Shown here: one piece after another, positions 1 through 10,674 of the stretch
Layout: every line of letters begins with the position of its first letter
Position numbering within the stretch: the first letter of the stretch is position 1
NCBI GenBank assembly: GCA_043810695.1
Contig: JBDRNV010000005.1
Coordinates: 10,590 to 74,589, forward strand
DNA from: Nanobdellota archaeon
GTDB lineage: Archaea > Nanobdellota > Nanobdellia > Pacearchaeales > GW2011-AR1
Reading direction: 5' to 3'
DNA length: 64,000 nucleotides
Notes under the pieces: model-generated
Told to the model about the DNA's origin: nothing
Databases searched by the model: none
The model's input: the letters and a program-made list of their open reading frames with translations, nothing else
Translations under genes and position numbers: made by a program

Positions 1-2
1 AT

Positions 3-614
3 TTGATATCAGGAGGTGCAACAACTGTTCTTGATTTAAGCGTATATAATTCAGTAGGAGCATTTAATATTCGCGCTCTTACAATAAGTCTTATATCAAG
101 AAAAATTTTCAATCAAAGAATGGAAGCACGTAAAAAAGAAGAGGTTAAGTCTGTTTCAAAAGGACTTGAGCTTTTATCAAATGTTGAAAAAAAAGAATAC
201 CCTCTTGTATGGATTTTTATTGATGAAGCACACGAATTTCTTCCGTTAAACGAAAAAACAGTTGCAACAGATGCACTTGTCCAGCTTTTAAGAGAAGGTA
301 GGCAGCCTGGAATATCCCTTGTGCTTGCAACACAACAACCAGGAAGGATTCATAGGGATGTAATGACGCAGGCAGATATAGTAATATCTCACAGAGTAAC
401 TTCAAAATCAGATTTAGAGGCATTAAATTATATAATGCAGTCCTATGTCCTTGAAAGTGTAAAGAAACAAATGGATGATCTTCCAACATTAAAGGGTTCT
501 GCAATAGTATTAGATGATAATTCAGAAAGAATTTATCCTGCAAGAATGCGCCCACGATTCACTTGGCATGGTGGAGAAGCGCCTACAGCAATAAAGGCAG
601 AGAAGAAGTTATAA
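3..614 (+). CDS. HerA/FtsK-like (DUF87) ATPase, C-terminal part (5' truncated by window edge)
   Basis: Walker B 'IFIDEAHEF', 'LREGRQPGISLVLATQQP' typical of HerA/VirB4-like ATPases. Confidence 0.8.
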   Translation: MISGGATTVLDLSVYNSVGAFNIRALTISLISRKIFNQRMEARKKEEVKSVSKGLELLSNVEKKEYPLVWIFIDEAHEFLPLNEKTVATDALVQLLREGRQPGISLVLATQQPGRIHRDVMTQADIVISHRVTSKSDLEALNYIMQSYVLESVKKQMDDLPTLKGSAIVLDDNSERIYPARMRPRFTWHGGEAPTAIKAEKKL

Positions 615-621
615 TTAAAAA

Positions 622-816
622 TTAATTAGAATGGGCCATTCTATAAAAAGAAATTCCTGCAAAAAATAAACCAATAATTAGTAATATAAAGAGAACTAGA
701 GATTCACTTAAAAAAGATACTTCATCCATTAATAGCCATAAACTTCTAAAAACTAAGACAGATGCGATAATTAAAATAGATTCCCAAAAAACATGTTTTG
801 ACTTTTTCATATTCAT
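622..816 (-). CDS. small membrane protein
   Basis: 64 aa with two hydrophobic segments; fills the intergenic space. Confidence 0.55.
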   Translation of the reverse strand: MNMKKSKHVFWESILIIASVLVFRSLWLLMDEVSFLSESLVLFILLIIGLFFAGISFYRMAHSN

Positions 817-875
817 ATAAAAAATTTATTGTTTTTATAATTATTGTTTTTTATATTTTTGAGTAACTTTCATAG

Positions 876-1673
876 TTACAAAACCTCAAAATCAACTCTA
901 ATTCTGAATCTATAAGGAGCAATTTCTCCTGCTTTTTTAACTTTTAATATTTTTATCTTTTTCTTGTATTTTTTAGCTTGATATTTTATATTATTAATAA
1001 CCAAATCAGTTTCACTATCCTTACAGAAATCATAATAATATATTATAGTTCCCCTTTTACCTAACATAAAAGCCTCTTTCAAAAAACTTTCTTTAAGTTG
1101 AGGGCGTGGCATGACAATATAATCAAATTTTTCTTTCAATTTTTTAGCAATTTTTTTAATATCTCCATTTAACAGCGTGACTTTATTCTTAACTTTATTT
1201 AACTCTATATTAAGTTGTGCATACTTATTAGCCTCTTTATTTATTTCATTAGAAAAAACTTTATCTGCCTTGGAGTTTTTTGCAATCACAATTGAATAAG
1301 GAGCAACTCCTGCAAACATAACTAGAACATTTCCTTTTTTTATCAATGAAGCTATTTCTTTTCTTTCATTGCTCAGCCTTGAAGAGAAATAAACATTATC
1401 TAAATTAAATCTAAAGACACATTCATTTTCTTTATACAAAACTTCTTTTGTTTTTTTTCCAGTAATATATTTTGTCTGTTGTTTTCTTAATCTGCCATGA
1501 AATTTGTGGGTTTTTTCAAGAACAGTTGTTATTGACTTGTTATTTTTCATTATTTTACCAGCAAATTTCTTTTTTTCTTTAATAGAAGTTTTCCTGTCAA
1601 ACTTAACCAAAGCAATGTTTCCTAAAATGTCAAAGGCTCTTAGTTTCTTTTTTAATTTATTTTTCATAGTCAT
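876..1673 (-). CDS. Trm5/Taw2 (Met-10+) family SAM-dependent tRNA methyltransferase
   Basis: 'FDILGNIA', 'VYFSSRLSNER', SAM motif 'VMFAGVAPY', 'YIVMPRP'. Confidence 0.85.
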   Translation of the reverse strand: MTMKNKLKKKLRAFDILGNIALVKFDRKTSIKEKKKFAGKIMKNNKSITTVLEKTHKFHGRLRKQQTKYITGKKTKEVLYKENECVFRFNLDNVYFSSRLSNERKEIASLIKKGNVLVMFAGVAPYSIVIAKNSKADKVFSNEINKEANKYAQLNIELNKVKNKVTLLNGDIKKIAKKLKEKFDYIVMPRPQLKESFLKEAFMLGKRGTIIYYYDFCKDSETDLVINNIKYQAKKYKKKIKILKVKKAGEIAPYRFRIRVDFEVL

Positions 1674-1727
1674 ACCTTAAAATAAAACTGTATCAATATT
1701 TATAAATATTAGATTTCTATCTAAATT

Positions 1728-2507
1728 ATGAAAAGATTGAAAAGAGGACTATTGATAGGCTTGCTGTCTATCCTATTCATTAATTTTGTAAGCGCGCAGT
1801 TTTTCTCAAGTTTTGGAAGATTTTCTATTACAGGTTTTCTTGAGAGCATAGGCCCACAGGATTTAACTCTCTTTGCTTTATTCATAATATTTTTTCCAAT
1901 AATCTTTTATGCTCTTGGAAAGGTATTCAAAGATAATATGGGGCAGCCAAACAAAGCAATAGCAGGAGTAATTGCTTTTGGAGTAGCTATATTAATTGTA
2001 TATTCTGTTTACAGGTCTGGATTTGACATAACTGGTTTGTTTTATGGCTGGGGAATTAGTACAGGATTTCTTTATGCAGTAATTCCTATATTTCTTCTTG
2101 CTTTTATTATATTTGGTTTATGGAAAAAGTGGTTTAAAATATCTGGATTTATTGCTTTCCTTGGACTTTTCCTAATAATAATAAATATGTTTACAGATAT
2201 TTTCTATGAAAAATTCACTGTTTTTGTTATTGGATTTGTTCTGCTTCTTATTGGGCTTAGTAAATTTATAATTAAGTTATTTAAAAAAAAACATTTAAAC
2301 CCTAATTTACCACCAGGTCAGCCACCACAAATTATAGAAAGAGAGAAAATAATTTATCAGCAAAGACAGAGATCTTTATATGATTTAAAGCAGAAACTTA
2401 ACTCATATAAATTTGAATATAATAATGCAAGAGGCAATCCACACAGACAAAAAAGAATAAAACAGGCAATGCAAATAATAGAAAGAGAAATAAGGCGGTT
2501 GTCCTAA
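1728..2507 (+). CDS. multi-pass membrane protein, unknown function
   Basis: several hydrophobic helices and a charged C-terminal tail. Confidence 0.7.
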   Translation: MKRLKRGLLIGLLSILFINFVSAQFFSSFGRFSITGFLESIGPQDLTLFALFIIFFPIIFYALGKVFKDNMGQPNKAIAGVIAFGVAILIVYSVYRSGFDITGLFYGWGISTGFLYAVIPIFLLAFIIFGLWKKWFKISGFIAFLGLFLIIINMFTDIFYEKFTVFVIGFVLLLIGLSKFIIKLFKKKHLNPNLPPGQPPQIIEREKIIYQQRQRSLYDLKQKLNSYKFEYNNARGNPHRQKRIKQAMQIIEREIRRLS

Positions 2508-2541
2508 AAAATTTAAGAGGCTTTCCTTCTACACAAAAATC

Positions 2542-3585
2542 TCACCTAATCCAGCTTCCAAGATTTTTCTGTTTCTTCTGCTCTTTTATTTCCCTTAGTT
2601 TCTCAAGCTGCTTTTCAACCCTGTCATCTGAAAAATCATGCTCATTCACAAGAATTTTTTTTATTTTATTCTCGTCAATCTTTGGAAATTTTATATCTGA
2701 ATTAATAACATCTGGTTTATGAAAAAGCTTAAATATTTCTTTCCAGTCAAATCTCTCCTGTTCTGGCAGAGACATCATCTGCTCTTCAACTGATTTAAAT
2801 ATTAAAACAGGCTGTTTGTATTTTCTAACAATATCCAGTGCTCTTTTCTGTCCTATTCCTGGAAGCCCGCGCGGATTGTAGTCTGTTCCAACAAGAATAC
2901 CAAGACAAATAAGCTGGTCAAGATTTATTTCAAGTAAATTCAAAACTTTCTGAAGTTCAATAATTTCAGGTCTTATCTCAACCCACCCTGAAAATGTTTT
3001 TCTTTTTCTTGCAAGCCCAAGATTTCTTATTAGCCTAGGGGCTCCAAAAAGCAAACTATCATAATCCTGGCTTACAGTTGCATAGATTTCATTGTTTAGT
3101 TTATTAAGATGAGCTGCTTCTGCTTCTCCTTCGCTAGGAGCTTGAATAACAGCAACTCCCATTGCTTCAAGAAGTTCTTTGCTCTCACTAATCATTGTCT
3201 CGTCAAGTCTTATTAATTGTGAACCATATCTTTTCATTGCTCCAATATCTTCTTCCTGTCTTGCTTCATTATATCTGCTTTTTGCAAGTTCTCTTCCTTC
3301 TTCTCTTATTTTATTTGTACCTGCTTTTAATTCAGGAGGTTTTCCGTCAAAAACATAAATAATCTTTATGCCATCTGCCAGAAGGTTTATGTTTCTATAA
3401 AAAATGCCTGATAAATGACTAGTAACTCTTTTTTTATTATCCATTAAAGGAGTTCCATCTGGCTGTCTTATAGTAGAAAGGAACTGGTAAAGCATGTTAT
3501 AAGCATCAACACATACAATTTTCCCCTTTAAATCAGCTATCTCTATTTCTTTTCTTGGTATGATATCTTTAATATTTAGCCCCAT
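2542..3585 (-). CDS. fen: flap endonuclease 1
   Basis: 'DAYNMLYQFLSTIRQPDG', 'EGEAEAA', 'SQDYDSLLFG', 'GTDYN', C-terminal PIP box QKNLGSW. Confidence 0.97.
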   Translation of the reverse strand: MGLNIKDIIPRKEIEIADLKGKIVCVDAYNMLYQFLSTIRQPDGTPLMDNKKRVTSHLSGIFYRNINLLADGIKIIYVFDGKPPELKAGTNKIREEGRELAKSRYNEARQEEDIGAMKRYGSQLIRLDETMISESKELLEAMGVAVIQAPSEGEAEAAHLNKLNNEIYATVSQDYDSLLFGAPRLIRNLGLARKRKTFSGWVEIRPEIIELQKVLNLLEINLDQLICLGILVGTDYNPRGLPGIGQKRALDIVRKYKQPVLIFKSVEEQMMSLPEQERFDWKEIFKLFHKPDVINSDIKFPKIDENKIKKILVNEHDFSDDRVEKQLEKLREIKEQKKQKNLGSWIR

Positions 3586-3718
3586 AAATTAGATAGATAA
3601 GCTAAATATAAATAGTTATCGACGCCCCAATCAATATTAAGTATTATTAAACCTCATTCTCATATTAAAATAATCCTCAACTCTTAAGTTTTAAATAACT
3701 AAAAGTTTTACTAAACCC

Positions 3719-6184
3719 ATGATAAAGACAGATTTTATTCCAATAGATTATAGTTATTTTGATTTTAATGGAAGGAATCATATAAAAATAACAGGCAGAA
3801 ACAACCATGGAAAAAGAGTATGTGTAATAGATTCCTGCCCTGTTTTTCTTTGGGCTATACTTAAGGAAAATCTAAAACAAAATAAGATAGAAAAACTTAT
3901 AGATAAAGTAAAAAAAATAAAACTTGATATAAAAGGCAGGCAGACAAAGGTTGAAGATGTTGAGTTGCATGAAAAAAATTTCCTTGGAAAACCAGTTAAG
4001 GCACTTAAGATTTTTGCTACAAATTACAAAGATTTGCACGATGTTGCAGACAAGCTTGGACTACCTGAAATAGAATGTAGAAGAGGTTATGATCTAGGGT
4101 TTGTAAGCCATTATATAATTGAAAAAAAGATTATCCCATTAAATTGGTATGAAATAGAGGGGGAGGTTTTACATAATAGTGCTGAATTTGGAGGAATAGA
4201 TTCAGCCCTTGATGTTGATTTGTGTATTAAACTTAATTCTGCAAAAGGAATAGGTGAAAAGGGTTTTACTCCAAAAGTATTAAGCTTTGATATTGAGACA
4301 AGTGAATTTCAGATTGGAAAAGGAGAAATATTAATGATTTCTCTAGTTTCAAATAATTTTAGAAAAGTTATAACAACAAAAAAAGTTGTTTCAAAGGATA
4401 AAGTCTTAGATTTTGTTGAATATGTAAAAAATGAAGAGGATTTATTGGAAAAATTTGCTGAATATGTTAAAAAAATTTCTCCTGATTTTCTAGTTGGTTA
4501 TTTTAGTGATGGATTTGATATGGCTTATATAAAAGCAAGAGCTGAACAACACAAAATAAAACTTCCTTTGGGTTTGGATGGAAGTCAGCCTGTATTTCAC
4601 AGAGGAGCTATTTTAACTTGTAGAATAGATGGAATTGTACATATCGATCTCCTTAAGTTTGTTGATACTGCATATTCTCAATATATGCAATCTGAAACAC
4701 TTTCACTAAATGATGTTTCTTGGGAATTTTTAGGGGATAGAAAAAAGGGATTTGAATTTAAAGCTATTTCAAAAATGTCAGATGAAGACTGGAAAAATTA
4801 TTTTATATACAATCTGCAAGATTCTGATTTAACATATCGCTTATTTTTCAAATTCTGGCCAGATATAAGGGAATTTTCAAGAGTTATGCAAGAGCCTGCA
4901 TTTGATGTTTCAAGAAACGGAATGGCAAAAAATGTAGAGTCATATATTCTGCACAATCTTGAAAAATTCAATGAGATTCCTGAAAAAAGACCAATGCATG
5001 ATGAAATAGGAGAGAGAAGAGGAAAAGAAAAATACGAGGGTGCTTTTGTTTTTCAGCCAATTCCCGGATTATATGAAGATATTGTAATCTTTGACTTTAC
5101 AAGCAGTTATGGAAGTATCATAGTAACATATAATCTTTCAAAATCAACTCTTCTTGAAAAGCCAGAAAAAAATTCATACAATATAGAAGCTTTAGAGAAA
5201 AAAGTATATTTTTCAAAAAAATCAGGATTTTTTCCAGAAATGTTAAAAGAAATAATAATGCTAAGAAAAAAATACAAACAGGAATTAAAAAACAAAGAAG
5301 ATGCAATTACAAAAGCAAGAAGTAATGCCTTTAAGCTACTGGCAAATTCAAGTTATGGTTATCAGGGATTTTTTGGAGCAAGATATTATTGCAGAGAAGC
5401 AGCTGCTGCCACTGCTGCTTTTGCAAGGCAGTCAATAAAAAATACAATAGAAAAAATAAATCAAGCAGGCTATAAAACAATATATTCAGATACAGACAGC
5501 ATTGCATTTCTTATAAATAAAAAAACAAAACAGGAAACATTAAATTTTCTGAAAAAAGTAAATGAAGAACTTCCCGGAATAATGGAGCTTGAACTTGAGG
5601 ATTTTTATAAAAGAGGAATATGGGTTACAAAAAGAACAGGAGAATTTGGAGCCAAAAAGAAATATGCTCTAATAAGTGAAAATAATAAACTGAAAATAAG
5701 AGGTTTTGAAACAGTAAGAAGAAACTGGTGCAAGCTTGCAAGAGAAACACAAAATAAAGTATTAAGGATGATTTTAAAGGACGGGAATGAAAAAAAAGCC
5801 CTATTATATGTAAAGGAAATCATTAAAAAAATTAAGGAAAGAAAAATTGAAAGAAAAGAAATTCTTATAAGGACGCAGTTAAGAAAAGCAATTTCAGAAT
5901 ATAAAGCAATCTCTCCCCATGTCATTGCAGCCAAAAAAATGGAAGAACAAAAGATACCAATAGATGAAGGAGCGCTTATAGAATATTTTATTGCAGAAAC
6001 ACGTGAAAAAAAGAAGTGTGTTCGGGAAAAAGTCAAGCTTGTTCATGAAAAAGGAGAGTATGATATAAAATATTATCTTGAGAGGCAGATTATTCCTGCT
6101 GTTGAAAATATATTGCAAGTTTTCAATGTGAATATAAATGAGATAATTCAGGGGAAAAAACAGACAAAATTAGGAGATTTTTGA
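3719..6184 (+). CDS. polB: family B DNA polymerase
   Basis: ExoI 'SFDIET', motif A 'DFTSSYGS', motif B 'KLLANSSYGY', motif C 'YSDTDS', PIP box QTKLGDF. Confidence 0.95.
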   Translation: MIKTDFIPIDYSYFDFNGRNHIKITGRNNHGKRVCVIDSCPVFLWAILKENLKQNKIEKLIDKVKKIKLDIKGRQTKVEDVELHEKNFLGKPVKALKIFATNYKDLHDVADKLGLPEIECRRGYDLGFVSHYIIEKKIIPLNWYEIEGEVLHNSAEFGGIDSALDVDLCIKLNSAKGIGEKGFTPKVLSFDIETSEFQIGKGEILMISLVSNNFRKVITTKKVVSKDKVLDFVEYVKNEEDLLEKFAEYVKKISPDFLVGYFSDGFDMAYIKARAEQHKIKLPLGLDGSQPVFHRGAILTCRIDGIVHIDLLKFVDTAYSQYMQSETLSLNDVSWEFLGDRKKGFEFKAISKMSDEDWKNYFIYNLQDSDLTYRLFFKFWPDIREFSRVMQEPAFDVSRNGMAKNVESYILHNLEKFNEIPEKRPMHDEIGERRGKEKYEGAFVFQPIPGLYEDIVIFDFTSSYGSIIVTYNLSKSTLLEKPEKNSYNIEALEKKVYFSKKSGFFPEMLKEIIMLRKKYKQELKNKEDAITKARSNAFKLLANSSYGYQGFFGARYYCREAAAATAAFARQSIKNTIEKINQAGYKTIYSDTDSIAFLINKKTKQETLNFLKKVNEELPGIMELELEDFYKRGIWVTKRTGEFGAKKKYALISENNKLKIRGFETVRRNWCKLARETQNKVLRMILKDGNEKKALLYVKEIIKKIKERKIERKEILIRTQLRKAISEYKAISPHVIAAKKMEEQKIPIDEGALIEYFIAETREKKKCVREKVKLVHEKGEYDIKYYLERQIIPAVENILQVFNVNINEIIQGKKQTKLGDF

Positions 6185-6795
6185 TGAAAACCCGTGAACT
6201 TATTCATGAATTAAAACATCATCTGCCGTTTACAGTAGTTGCAACTCTGATTGCGATTCTAACCTTTCTTCTTATTCAGTATTTAATCAAAATCTTTATT
6301 TCAGAAACACTTTTTGAAATATTCCATCCTCTTCATGTGATAGCTTCTTCGATAGTCACTGCAGGAATTTTTTACAGATATAGGCCTAAGGTTATTCCGG
6401 CGTTGTTGGTTGGAATAACAGGTTCAATAATTATTGGAAGTTTAAGCGATATAATTCTTCCGTGGCTGGGTGGAAATCTATTAAGTCTTAAAACAGGTTT
6501 TCATCTTCCGATAATTGAGACTCCATTTATTATTTTAGGTTCTGCTTTAATTGGTAGTTTTATTGGGGTAGCAAAAAAAGCAACTAAAATACCACATTTT
6601 ATTCATATCTTTCTTTCTGTATTTGCAAGTTTGTTTTACTTAATGGCATTTAGTTTAAATTTTAATATTATTTATTTTGCAGAAGTCTTTGTTATAGTTT
6701 TAATAGCAGTCATTCTTCCTTGTTGTGTAAGTGACATATTATTCCCTTTCTTCTTTCTTGGAAAAAGAATAAAATCTTGTGATTGTAAAAAATGA
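6181..6795 (+). CDS. His-rich integral membrane protein
   Basis: multiple TM segments with scattered His residues and 'PCCVSDI'; overlaps polB stop. Confidence 0.7.
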   Translation: MMKTRELIHELKHHLPFTVVATLIAILTFLLIQYLIKIFISETLFEIFHPLHVIASSIVTAGIFYRYRPKVIPALLVGITGSIIIGSLSDIILPWLGGNLLSLKTGFHLPIIETPFIILGSALIGSFIGVAKKATKIPHFIHIFLSVFASLFYLMAFSLNFNIIYFAEVFVIVLIAVILPCCVSDILFPFFFLGKRIKSCDCKK

Positions 6796-7853
6796 AGATT
6801 CCAGAATTAAAACCATTACTTGCAGAAAGAATGAAAGAACTTCTTCCAGATAATGAAGATTTTAATTCATTTTTAGAAATACTAAAAAAACCCACTTTAA
6901 ATTCAATTCGTTGCAATACTTTAAAAATTTCCTCTGAAAAATTAATAATTAGATTAGAATCTAAAGGATGGAAAATAAATCAGCCGTTTAAAGATTATCC
7001 TGAAATTTTAATAATTGAAGGAAAGTTTGATAATAATATAAATAAATTAAATGATAAAGAAGTTGATTCTCATACTAATAATAATTATCACTTTGCGAGC
7101 GATAGCGAGCGTAAATTACAAGAATTAGAACCGGGCGAGCTTGGCCGTTCTCTCGAGCATCTTTTAGGATATTATTATGTTCAAGAGATTGCAAGCATGC
7201 TTCCTGTTCTTGTTCTAGAGCCAAAGCCAAATGAAATTGTTCTTGATTTATGTGCATCTCCTGGAAGCAAAACAACGCAGATTGCTGCAAAAATGCAGAA
7301 TACAGGCACAATAATTGCAAATGAAATTAGTTTAGGAAGAATAAAAATTCTTGCATCAAATACAGAAAGGTGTGGTGTTACAAATACTATAATAACAAAA
7401 AAAGAAGGAACAGCTTTATGTACAAAACTCAAAAAAGAAGGATTTGAATGCGACAGAATTCTTATTGATGCTCCATGTTCTGGAGAAGGAACCTTAAGAA
7501 GCAGTCCTAAAACAGCTCTAATGTGGAATATAAATACTGTAAAAAAATTGTCAAAAATTCAGAAAAATCTTTTAGTCGCTGCAATTGAAATTTTAAAAAA
7601 TAATGGGGAGATTGTTTACAGCACATGCACACATGCGCCAGAAGAAAATGAAGAAGTTATTGATTTTATATTAGAAAAATTCAAAGGCAAAATAATATTA
7701 AAAAAGATTAAATTACCTATAAAGTGTAGATTAGGATTAAAGGGGTGGGGTGGGCTGGAATATAACAAAGAACTAACTAATTGCTGCAGAATATATCCCC
7801 AAGATAATGATACAGAGGGATTTTTTCTTGCAAAATTAAAAAAAGTAAAATGA
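6792..7853 (+). CDS. RsmB/NOL1/NOP2 family RNA m5C methyltransferase
   Basis: 'DLCASPGSKTTQ', 'DAPCSGEG', 'YSTCTHAPEENE'. Confidence 0.95.
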   Translation: MKIPELKPLLAERMKELLPDNEDFNSFLEILKKPTLNSIRCNTLKISSEKLIIRLESKGWKINQPFKDYPEILIIEGKFDNNINKLNDKEVDSHTNNNYHFASDSERKLQELEPGELGRSLEHLLGYYYVQEIASMLPVLVLEPKPNEIVLDLCASPGSKTTQIAAKMQNTGTIIANEISLGRIKILASNTERCGVTNTIITKKEGTALCTKLKKEGFECDRILIDAPCSGEGTLRSSPKTALMWNINTVKKLSKIQKNLLVAAIEILKNNGEIVYSTCTHAPEENEEVIDFILEKFKGKIILKKIKLPIKCRLGLKGWGGLEYNKELTNCCRIYPQDNDTEGFFLAKLKKVK

Positions 7854-8314
7854 AATTTTTAAAAATCTTAAATGAAAATGAAAAACAAGAGATAGAAAAA
7901 AATCTTAAAGAACAATTTGGAATAGAAAATATTCCATACAAAATTATAATGTGGGGAGAAGAAAGACTTTTTTTATTTTCAGGTAGTCTTAATGAAAATG
8001 ATATAAAAAAAATAAATGAAATTATACCTATAGAAAGAATAGGTATTTATTTTGCCAAGATTATTAAAGAAGAAATAAAATTAAGCATAGAAGGAACTCA
8101 AATTTTAAAGAATAATATAAATAAGAATATTTTTGAATTAAATTCAGAGCAGGCAGAAGAATGGATGATGGGCAGAGATCTTAATATAAAAACAGGAAAA
8201 AAAGGCTTTCTTGTTATGAAATATAAAGAGGATTTTCTTGGATGTGGAAAAGCCTCTGAAGAAAAAATAGGAAATTTTATTCCTAAAAATAGAAGGTTAA
8301 AAAATAAAGGATAG
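7850..8314 (+). CDS. NIP7/RsmF C-terminal PUA-like protein
   Basis: 'KLSIEGTQ', 'EWMMGRDL', 'GCGK..NFIPKNRR'; coupled to the RNA methyltransferase. Confidence 0.75.
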   Translation: MKFLKILNENEKQEIEKNLKEQFGIENIPYKIIMWGEERLFLFSGSLNENDIKKINEIIPIERIGIYFAKIIKEEIKLSIEGTQILKNNINKNIFELNSEQAEEWMMGRDLNIKTGKKGFLVMKYKEDFLGCGKASEEKIGNFIPKNRRLKNKG

Positions 8315-8399
8315 TTAAAAATCAGGGTTCTAATTCTTTAACTTCAATCTGAATTGAACTCTTCGCTTTATTTATAAATATCAGTTTCTTGTTTTTTTC

Positions 8400-10610
8400 A
8401 TGAACGATAAATTTATCATGATGAATATTGATGATGAAAGATCAAAAAAAGTCGCAGAAGTATTGAAAAGCGACACCTGCAAGAAGATTCTAGATTATCT
8501 TGCTGAAAACAAAGAAAAATCAGAAGAAGATATTGCAAAAAATTTGAAAATGCCTATTAATACAGTTGAATATAATCTAAAAAAACTTGTTGAATCAGGA
8601 TTAGTTGAAAGGGCAAAGAACTTTTTCTGGAGCAAAAAAGGAAAAAAAATAAATCTTTACAAGCCAGCAAACCGTCATATAGTAATATCACCAAAAAAGA
8701 AGCCGGACATGAATATCTTAAAAACAATTCTTCCTGTAATAATTGCAATAGTTGCAATTATTGCTTTAGTTTTATTGCTATCTCCAGAAACTCAAGAACA
8801 ACAAGGAGATTTAAACAAGTTTTCTTCTTTAAACGAACTTAATAAATTCTTAAAAGATAATCAAGTTGAAAGCGGAAGAGGGGGAATACTTGATATATTC
8901 AAGGCTGCAACATCTCCATCAATGGCTGGAACAGAATCTGATTCCGGCTCAAACCAAGGGGCAGATGAATATTCCTCAACAAACATACAAGTAGAAGGAG
9001 TTGATGAAGCAGATGTAATAAAAAATGATGGAAAATACATTTATGCTGTTTCAGGAAACAAAGTAGTAATTGTTGATGCTTTTCCTGCTTCTAATATGAA
9101 AGTCTTAAGCGAAATAAATCTTAGTGGCTCTGTAGGAGAAATTTTTGTAAATAAAGATAAATTAATCGTTTTCTCTCAAGAATACTCTCAAATTGTATAT
9201 GGTAGAGAAAGATGCATGGAAATTGGATGCATAACACCTCCTAACCAAGATGAAGCAAAGACAGGTGTTTATATCTATGATATTTCAAATAGACAAAATC
9301 CTACTTTAGATGAGAATATTTCCTTAACAGGAAACTATGTTTCTTCAAGAATGATTAACAATTATGTTTATTTGATTGCAAATCAGTATGCTTATCAAGA
9401 AGGAGTTCTTCCAGCTTATGAAAAAAACGGGCAAGTTAAAGTTGTTAAAGCAGATGAAGTTTATTACTCTCCTATAAAAGATCAATCCTTCCAGTTTACA
9501 AACATACTAGCAATAAACATTAATAATGGAGAAACCTCTGAAAAAACAGTTTTAACAGGCTCATCTCAAACAATTTATGTGTCTAAGAATAATATTTATA
9601 CAACTTATACAAAATATGCTTATTATTGGAATTCTGGAAGCACAGATCAGGAAAAAACAATAATAAATAAGTTTTCAATAGACAAAAGTCAAGTCGAATT
9701 CTTATCTAGCGGAGAAGTTCCAGGGCATTTATTAAATCAGTTTTCAATGGATGAAAACAAAGATTATTTCAGAATTGCAACAACAATAGGAGAAGTTTGG
9801 AACTCTGAAAAACCATCAACAAATAATATTTACGTTTTAGATAAAGATATGAAATTAATAGGCTCTTTAGAAGATTTAGCTCCAGGAGAAAAGATTTATT
9901 CTTCAAGATTCATTGGAGATAGAGCTTACTTAGTTACATTCAAAAAGATTGATCCTTTGTTTGTAATAAGTTTGGAAAACCCAACAAATCCTACAGTTCT
10001 TGGAAAATTAAAAATACCTGGTTATTCTGATTATTTGCATCCTTATGATGAAAATCATATTATAGGTATTGGAAAAGAAGCAATTGATGCTAGTGAAGAA
10101 GAAACAACAGGCAGGCAACTTGACTTTGCATGGTATCAAGGAATAAAAATAGCAATCTTTGATGTTTCAGATGTTAATAATCCAATAGAAGAATACAAAG
10201 AAGTTATTGGAGACAGAGGAACAGATTCAGAAGCATTGCAGAATCACAAAGCATTTTTATTCGATAGAGAAAAAGAACTCTTGGTTTTACCAATAAATCT
10301 TGCAGAAATCAAAGGCGAAAAAACACAAGATAATCAATATGGCGAATTCACATTTCAGGGAGCTTATGTCTACAAAATAAATCTAGAGGATGGCTTTAAA
10401 TTGCAAGGAAGAATAACTCATTACAATGAAACAGATTATGCTAAAATGGGCTATTACTTTTATGGGGATAAAAGCATTTCAAGATCTCTATATATGGATG
10501 ATACTTTATACACATTCTCTCCTTCAATGATAAAGGCAAATGATTTAGATAATTTAGAGGAAATTAGTTCATTAAATCTACCATACAATAAACAAAGCCG
10601 CTATTATTAA
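8400..10610 (+). CDS. ArsR-like HTH + TM helix + secreted beta-propeller domain protein
   Basis: N-terminal wHTH ('TVEYNLKKLVESGLV'), TM at about aa 107-128, 'YSSTNIQVEGVDEADVIKNDG' and 'LKIPGYSDYLHP' beta-propeller motifs. Confidence 0.85.
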   Translation: MNDKFIMMNIDDERSKKVAEVLKSDTCKKILDYLAENKEKSEEDIAKNLKMPINTVEYNLKKLVESGLVERAKNFFWSKKGKKINLYKPANRHIVISPKKKPDMNILKTILPVIIAIVAIIALVLLLSPETQEQQGDLNKFSSLNELNKFLKDNQVESGRGGILDIFKAATSPSMAGTESDSGSNQGADEYSSTNIQVEGVDEADVIKNDGKYIYAVSGNKVVIVDAFPASNMKVLSEINLSGSVGEIFVNKDKLIVFSQEYSQIVYGRERCMEIGCITPPNQDEAKTGVYIYDISNRQNPTLDENISLTGNYVSSRMINNYVYLIANQYAYQEGVLPAYEKNGQVKVVKADEVYYSPIKDQSFQFTNILAININNGETSEKTVLTGSSQTIYVSKNNIYTTYTKYAYYWNSGSTDQEKTIINKFSIDKSQVEFLSSGEVPGHLLNQFSMDENKDYFRIATTIGEVWNSEKPSTNNIYVLDKDMKLIGSLEDLAPGEKIYSSRFIGDRAYLVTFKKIDPLFVISLENPTNPTVLGKLKIPGYSDYLHPYDENHIIGIGKEAIDASEEETTGRQLDFAWYQGIKIAIFDVSDVNNPIEEYKEVIGDRGTDSEALQNHKAFLFDREKELLVLPINLAEIKGEKTQDNQYGEFTFQGAYVYKINLEDGFKLQGRITHYNETDYAKMGYYFYGDKSISRSLYMDDTLYTFSPSMIKANDLDNLEEISSLNLPYNKQSRYY

Positions 10611-10674
10611 ATAATACTTAAAATTTTAGTTAATAACAGATACTTTATAAAACACCTTTTTCTTAAATAAAATC

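Noticed and set aside
5107..6118. Antisense ORFs over polB, and similar ones over cdc48, topA, mcm and others
   Set aside because: Shadow ORFs opposite well-supported genes, with no motifs.
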